Shown piece after piece: positions 7,327-10,807 of a stretch of 10,807 nt of DNA. Source of the stretch: a bacterium. GTDB lineage: Bacteria; Zhuqueibacterota; Zhuqueibacteria; Oceanimicrobiales; Oceanimicrobiaceae. The notes beneath the pieces are model-generated. The model had not been told where the DNA came from and did not search any database. It saw only the letters and a list, made by a program, of their open reading frames with translations. Made by a program: the position numbers and the translations under genes. The number at the start of each line of letters is the position of its first letter. Position 1 is the stretch's first letter. The stretch spans positions 1-10,807 of the forward strand of contig JBHHXT010000169.1 in assembly GCA_046757165.1 (NCBI GenBank), given 5' to 3'.

Positions 7327-7409
7327 TAGGCTGTAGACTTTTAGGCTGTAGGAAGACCGGAGAATCTCCAAACAACCTACAGCCTAACAGTCTACAGCCT
7401 AGCAGCCTA
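7327..7409. repeat. Long inverted repeat built from 7-8-nt TAGGCTG/CAGCCTA units
   Basis: TAGGCTGTAGACTTTTAGGCTGTAGG (7327-7352) / CCTACAGCCTAACAGTCTACAGCCTA (7376-7401), 25/26 complementary with a 23-nt loop. One extra CAGCCTA unit follows (7403-7409). Confidence 0.85.
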
Positions 7410-7416
7410 AAATGGA

Positions 7417-8484
7417 ATGGAAAGACTCTTAATATACAAAACCATCATCCTGATGCTGAGCGGAGCCGTCATCGTTGTCTTGCTGATTCCGTTCAAGATC
7501 GGTTATTCGGTGAAAACACCAGGCAAGATAATGCCTGCCCGGCAATGGGTGGTTGCACGCGGTCCGGATGGCAGGCTGATTTCGACACTTCTGGATTACA
7601 AGCGTGGGGTGCACGAGAGTTACTCTGTTGCTCAATTTGAGCGCGGTGACGCCGTGCAGTTCAGCTTGCAGTCATTCGTGGCAGCCGGTGCGACGATCGT
7701 GCAAGGCGATACCGTGGCGTCTATTTATTCCAACGACTCTGAACGGCAATATGTGGAGCTGGAGGGGGCGTTGCTGCAAGCGCAGGCAACCCTCGAGACG
7801 CTGCTGACGGGCGAGAAGCAGTCCGTCGTCGAGGAGGCGGTGCGCAGCCTCGAGTTTGCAAAAAAAGAAGCAGATGAGCAGCGAAAAATTTTCGAGCGGC
7901 TGCGGGGATTGCACCAGAACAATCTCATTTCAAAAGAGGAGTTTGAAATTGCGGCTGACCAGAGGGAGCTGAACGACATCAAGGTCATGATTGCACAGGC
8001 GCGGCTGAATAATGTGCAAAGCGGTGCAAAAACCGAGGAGGTCGAGCTGATCAAGGCGAGAATACGGGCGCTGCAACAGGAAATCCAAACCCTGAGGAAG
8101 CGATTCGAGCAGTTCACGTTGGTTTCACCGCTCTCAGGTATCGCCCACCAGGTCTTTTCTGGCGACACGGTACTGGTCGTCAAAGACACGACGCAACTGT
8201 TGCTCAAGATGCCGATCAAGTGGCGGCAGCGCAAGTATGTGGCTGCGAACCAGACCGTCCGGCTACGTGCGCCAGACATGGATAACGAGCCGGACGGCAA
8301 GCTGCTGAAAGTCGACAGGTCTGTGCACCATTTGAGTGGCCGACCGGTGCTGATTGCAACCGCGACCATCGATGGCTATCATCCGGAATTGGTCCCCGGC
8401 CTGATCCTGCATTGCTCCATCGCTTGCGACCCGGTCAAACCACGGGAATACTTGAGGCGGATTCTGATGGCCATTTTGAGGTAG
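7417..8484 (+). CDS. HlyD-like periplasmic adaptor / membrane-fusion protein (355 aa)
   Basis: N-terminal TM anchor (IILMLSGAVIVVLLIPF), lipoyl-like half motifs (IVQGDTVASI and LVSPLSG) around a long coiled-coil hairpin (about residues 105-230), and a HlyD-like C-terminus (LVPGLILHCSI...EYLRR). Confidence 0.75.
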   Translation: MERLLIYKTIILMLSGAVIVVLLIPFKIGYSVKTPGKIMPARQWVVARGPDGRLISTLLDYKRGVHESYSVAQFERGDAVQFSLQSFVAAGATIVQGDTVASIYSNDSERQYVELEGALLQAQATLETLLTGEKQSVVEEAVRSLEFAKKEADEQRKIFERLRGLHQNNLISKEEFEIAADQRELNDIKVMIAQARLNNVQSGAKTEEVELIKARIRALQQEIQTLRKRFEQFTLVSPLSGIAHQVFSGDTVLVVKDTTQLLLKMPIKWRQRKYVAANQTVRLRAPDMDNEPDGKLLKVDRSVHHLSGRPVLIATATIDGYHPELVPGLILHCSIACDPVKPREYLRRILMAILR

Positions 8485-8492
8485 GCGAGTCT

Positions 8493-9242
8493 ATGCGGTT
8501 AGAGTACAAGTTTCTCGTGCACGATGACGCTCTGGCGCGATTGCGTGCGGACTTGATGCCGTTCATGCATGTTGACCAGCATTCCCAGAGCCGCAAGGTG
8601 CAGGAATACACGGTCAGAAGCATCTACTTTGACACCCCAAAACTGGACTTTTATGTCGAGAAAATCGAAGGGGAGAGGGTCAGAAAGAAGTTGCGTATCC
8701 GCGGGTACAACGACCGGACCGCGCAGAGCATTGTCTTCCTCGAGATCAAAAGAAAATATGAAAACAGCATTGCCAAGGACCGGTCGCCCCTCTATTTCTC
8801 AGACCTGGATATGTTCCTGCGCACCAGCGATGTCGAGCAGTATGTCTTGAGCAGCAATGGCCATGTGGGTTCCGCCCTCAGCGCTCATCGGTTTCTGTTC
8901 AATTTGAAAAGAAGATCTCTGCGACCTGTTGTGCTGGTGGTTTATGACCGGGAAGCGTTCTTCTGCAAATTCAATGGAGATTTGAGAATCACGTTTGACA
9001 AGAACATGCGCTGCCTGGCATTCCCAACGATGAACGATCTTTTCATCGAAACCGATCTCACTTTTTCACTCAGGAACCACTTTGTTCTGGAAATCAAGTT
9101 CTACAGCGGGTTCCCGAAGTGGCTGCAATCGATCATAGAGCAGCATGACTTGAAACGCTCTGCGCTGTCAAAATACACCATTTGCCTGGACGCGCACCGG
9201 ATGATCAAACGGCAGCATCGCATGAGAACTCCTTTGCTGTGA
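8493..9242 (+). CDS. VTC-domain (polyphosphate polymerase) protein (249 aa from ATG 8493)
   Basis: RLEYKF, VRSIYFDT, RKKLRIRGY, FLEIKRK, YDREAF, LRITFD, VLEIKF and SKY: the motif series of the Vtc4-like tunnel domain. ATG 8493 lies 8 nt after the upstream stop. Confidence 0.9.
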   Translation: MRLEYKFLVHDDALARLRADLMPFMHVDQHSQSRKVQEYTVRSIYFDTPKLDFYVEKIEGERVRKKLRIRGYNDRTAQSIVFLEIKRKYENSIAKDRSPLYFSDLDMFLRTSDVEQYVLSSNGHVGSALSAHRFLFNLKRRSLRPVVLVVYDREAFFCKFNGDLRITFDKNMRCLAFPTMNDLFIETDLTFSLRNHFVLEIKFYSGFPKWLQSIIEQHDLKRSALSKYTICLDAHRMIKRQHRMRTPLL

Positions 9243-9271
9243 ACGACTTTTGAAAGGAAGATATCGATTCG

Positions 9272-9949
9272 ATGTTCAATGAGTTTCAAAACGTATTTCA
9301 GCTATCCATCACCGTTGAAGAAGTGATCGGCAACCTGGTGGTGGCCTTGTTGTGCGGCCTGTTTATCTCTCTGCTTTACCGCAAGATCTATCGCGGGCCA
9401 GGGTACCAGGCCAGTTTTGTCAACGGGCTCGTGATTCTGGCGATGATTACGGCCGTGGTCATCATGGTCATCGGCAACAATCTGGCGCGCGCGTTTGGTC
9501 TCGTCGGCGCGATGTCGATCATTCGCTTCAGGACTGCGGTCAAGGACACGCAGGATATCATTTTCATTTTCTTTGCGCTGACCATCGGCATGGCAGCAGG
9601 GGTCGGGATTCACCAGTTGGCCATCGTGGGGACCGTCTTCATCGGACTCGTATTCTATGTTTTGAACCGAACCAACGCCGTCTCTCCCGTCAAGAAGGAG
9701 TTTCTCTTGCAGTTCAATGTTTCGGCCAATGGCACGCAGCAAGACGATGAATACTTACCGGTTCTGAAACGCTACTGCCAGCTCGCAAAACTGATCAACG
9801 TCAAAACCATTGGCGCGGATGACTCGCTGGAGCTTTCCTACTTCATCAAGATGAAGCATGACCGCCGCAATACCGACCTGGTGCGCGAGATCAAGACCAT
9901 CGATGGGATCAAGCACGTCAACCTGTTCTATGATGAAGAGCAGTTCTAA
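9272..9949 (+). CDS. DUF4956-family membrane protein (MgtC/SapB-like TM region plus ACT-like C-terminal domain, 225 aa)
   Basis: Four or five TM segments with the signature IGNNLARAFGLVGAMSIIRFRTAVKD and GMAAGVG; soluble C-terminus with a beta-alpha-beta-beta-alpha-beta pattern. RBS AAGGAAG. This family is commonly adjacent to VTC genes. Confidence 0.88.
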   Translation: MFNEFQNVFQLSITVEEVIGNLVVALLCGLFISLLYRKIYRGPGYQASFVNGLVILAMITAVVIMVIGNNLARAFGLVGAMSIIRFRTAVKDTQDIIFIFFALTIGMAAGVGIHQLAIVGTVFIGLVFYVLNRTNAVSPVKKEFLLQFNVSANGTQQDDEYLPVLKRYCQLAKLINVKTIGADDSLELSYFIKMKHDRRNTDLVREIKTIDGIKHVNLFYDEEQF

Positions 9950-10733
9950 GGGGTTGGTTTTCTGCTTGCGTGCGGCATCTATCCTGCTTTTCCTTCAATC
10001 AGGCCTTGCCTCAGTTTTTGCGCAGAATGATTTTGAGATCTCCCTGAACCTGATCGATACCTGCTCGGTGGCGGTTCCTGAGCCGTCCGGGCTTGTTCTG
10101 GATGCAAGCGGCAGCTTTTTGTGGACGGTCAGCGACCGAACCAACCAAATCTACAAGCTCGCCCTGAGCGGCGAAACGCTCGATACCCTTTCCTATCAGG
10201 GCGAGGACCTGGAAGGAATCACACAGAATGCGGTCGACCGGACCCTCTGGGTGGTGGAAGAGCGGTTGCGCCAGGTGGTTCAACTGGATACCACCGGGGT
10301 CGAGCTTGCCCGTACGACCGTCGTGCTCGAACGCAAGAGGGCAAACAAAGGCCTGGAAGGGATCACCTTCAACTCGACCAACGGCCATCTCTTCGTGATC
10401 AATGAAAAATCTCCCAAGCTTCTTGTTGAATTGAGTGAACATCTCGTCCAGGTGCAGCAGGTCAAGCTGACTTTTGCAAAGGACTATTCCGGAATCGTGT
10501 TCGACAGCTCGCGCGACGTTTTCTGGATCGTCAGCGATGGTTCGAGAACTCTGACACAATGTGACTTGCAGGGTCAGCCGCAACAAACCTTTGCACTCGA
10601 TATTCAGAAGGCGGAAGGAATCGCGATTGCTCCGGCAAGAAAGATTCTGTTTGTTATCAGCGATCTGGAAGAAAAACTGTATAGTTTTGAGGTACCATCT
10701 GGTTCCCGTGCTCCGCGTGGGAACCAGTATTGA
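9933..10733 (+). CDS. Secreted SdiA-regulated/YjiK-like beta-propeller protein (~266 aa; start 9930 or 9933)
   Basis: Signal peptide MKSSSKGLVFCLRAASILLFLQSGLASVFA|Q. Blade repeats EPSGL, DLEGIT, GLEGIT, DYSGI and KAEGIA, each followed by an LW/LF-x-V-SD/EE strand. Start overlaps the end of the DUF4956 gene. Confidence 0.82.
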   Translation: MKSSSKGLVFCLRAASILLFLQSGLASVFAQNDFEISLNLIDTCSVAVPEPSGLVLDASGSFLWTVSDRTNQIYKLALSGETLDTLSYQGEDLEGITQNAVDRTLWVVEERLRQVVQLDTTGVELARTTVVLERKRANKGLEGITFNSTNGHLFVINEKSPKLLVELSEHLVQVQQVKLTFAKDYSGIVFDSSRDVFWIVSDGSRTLTQCDLQGQPQQTFALDIQKAEGIAIAPARKILFVISDLEEKLYSFEVPSGSRAPRGNQY

Positions 10734-10807
10734 CGCTCTGCGTCAAGTGACGGGACGCGGAGCGTCAACCATCTGGTTCCGACGCGGAGCGTCAACCGTC
10801 TGGTTCC
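10694..10807. repeat. REP/REPIN-like palindrome cluster with a 27-bp tandem duplication (runs to window end)
   Basis: Hairpin CTGGTTCCC-gtgctccgcgt-GGGAACCAG (10699-10727); TTGACGC-tct-GCGTCAA (10730-10746); GACGCGGAGCGTCAACCRTCTGGTTCC twice (10754-10780 and 10781-10807, 26/27 identical). 10720-10744 is an inverted degenerate copy of that unit. Confidence 0.8.

Noticed and set aside
8412..8492. Upstream extension of the VTC ORF, and similarly 9858-9929 of the propeller ORF
   Set aside because: Both overlap the upstream genes. The domain motif (MRLEYKF) and the signal peptide begin at 8493 and 9930/9933 respectively.
10754..10807. 27-bp direct repeats as a possible CRISPR array
   Set aside because: The units are directly adjacent with no spacer, no cas genes are present, and the sequence fits REP palindromes.

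Overview
Bacterial, moderately GC-rich window with two divergent blocks. Minus strand: xanthine dehydrogenase xdhA (2Fe-2S/FAD) and xdhB (molybdopterin), preceded by a good sigma70-type promoter. Plus strand: seven co-oriented genes forming an apparent phosphate/polyphosphate island: CYTH triphosphatase, DUF47/PhoU-like regulator, PiT phosphate transporter with an unusual ~150-aa C-terminal extension, and then a tightly coupled four-gene unit (orphan HlyD-like periplasmic adaptor, VTC-domain polyphosphate polymerase, DUF4956 membrane protein, secreted SdiA-regulated/YjiK-like beta-propeller). The best candidate for an undescribed system is this unit, which may be a bacterial polyP synthesis-and-export machine analogous to the yeast VTC complex; that role is inferred, not shown. 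Every long non-coding stretch carries a small palindromic or repeat element: a MITE-like element with an internal REP-like hairpin (8-140), GGAT-unit repeats (3996-4047, 4896-4932), CAGCCTA-type repeats (5023-5066, 7327-7409) and a REP cluster that supplies the last gene's stop codon (10694-10807). The CYTH leader holds a candidate cis-regulatory RNA that could occlude the ribosome-binding site. Family assignments come from motif recognition by eye; no searches were run.
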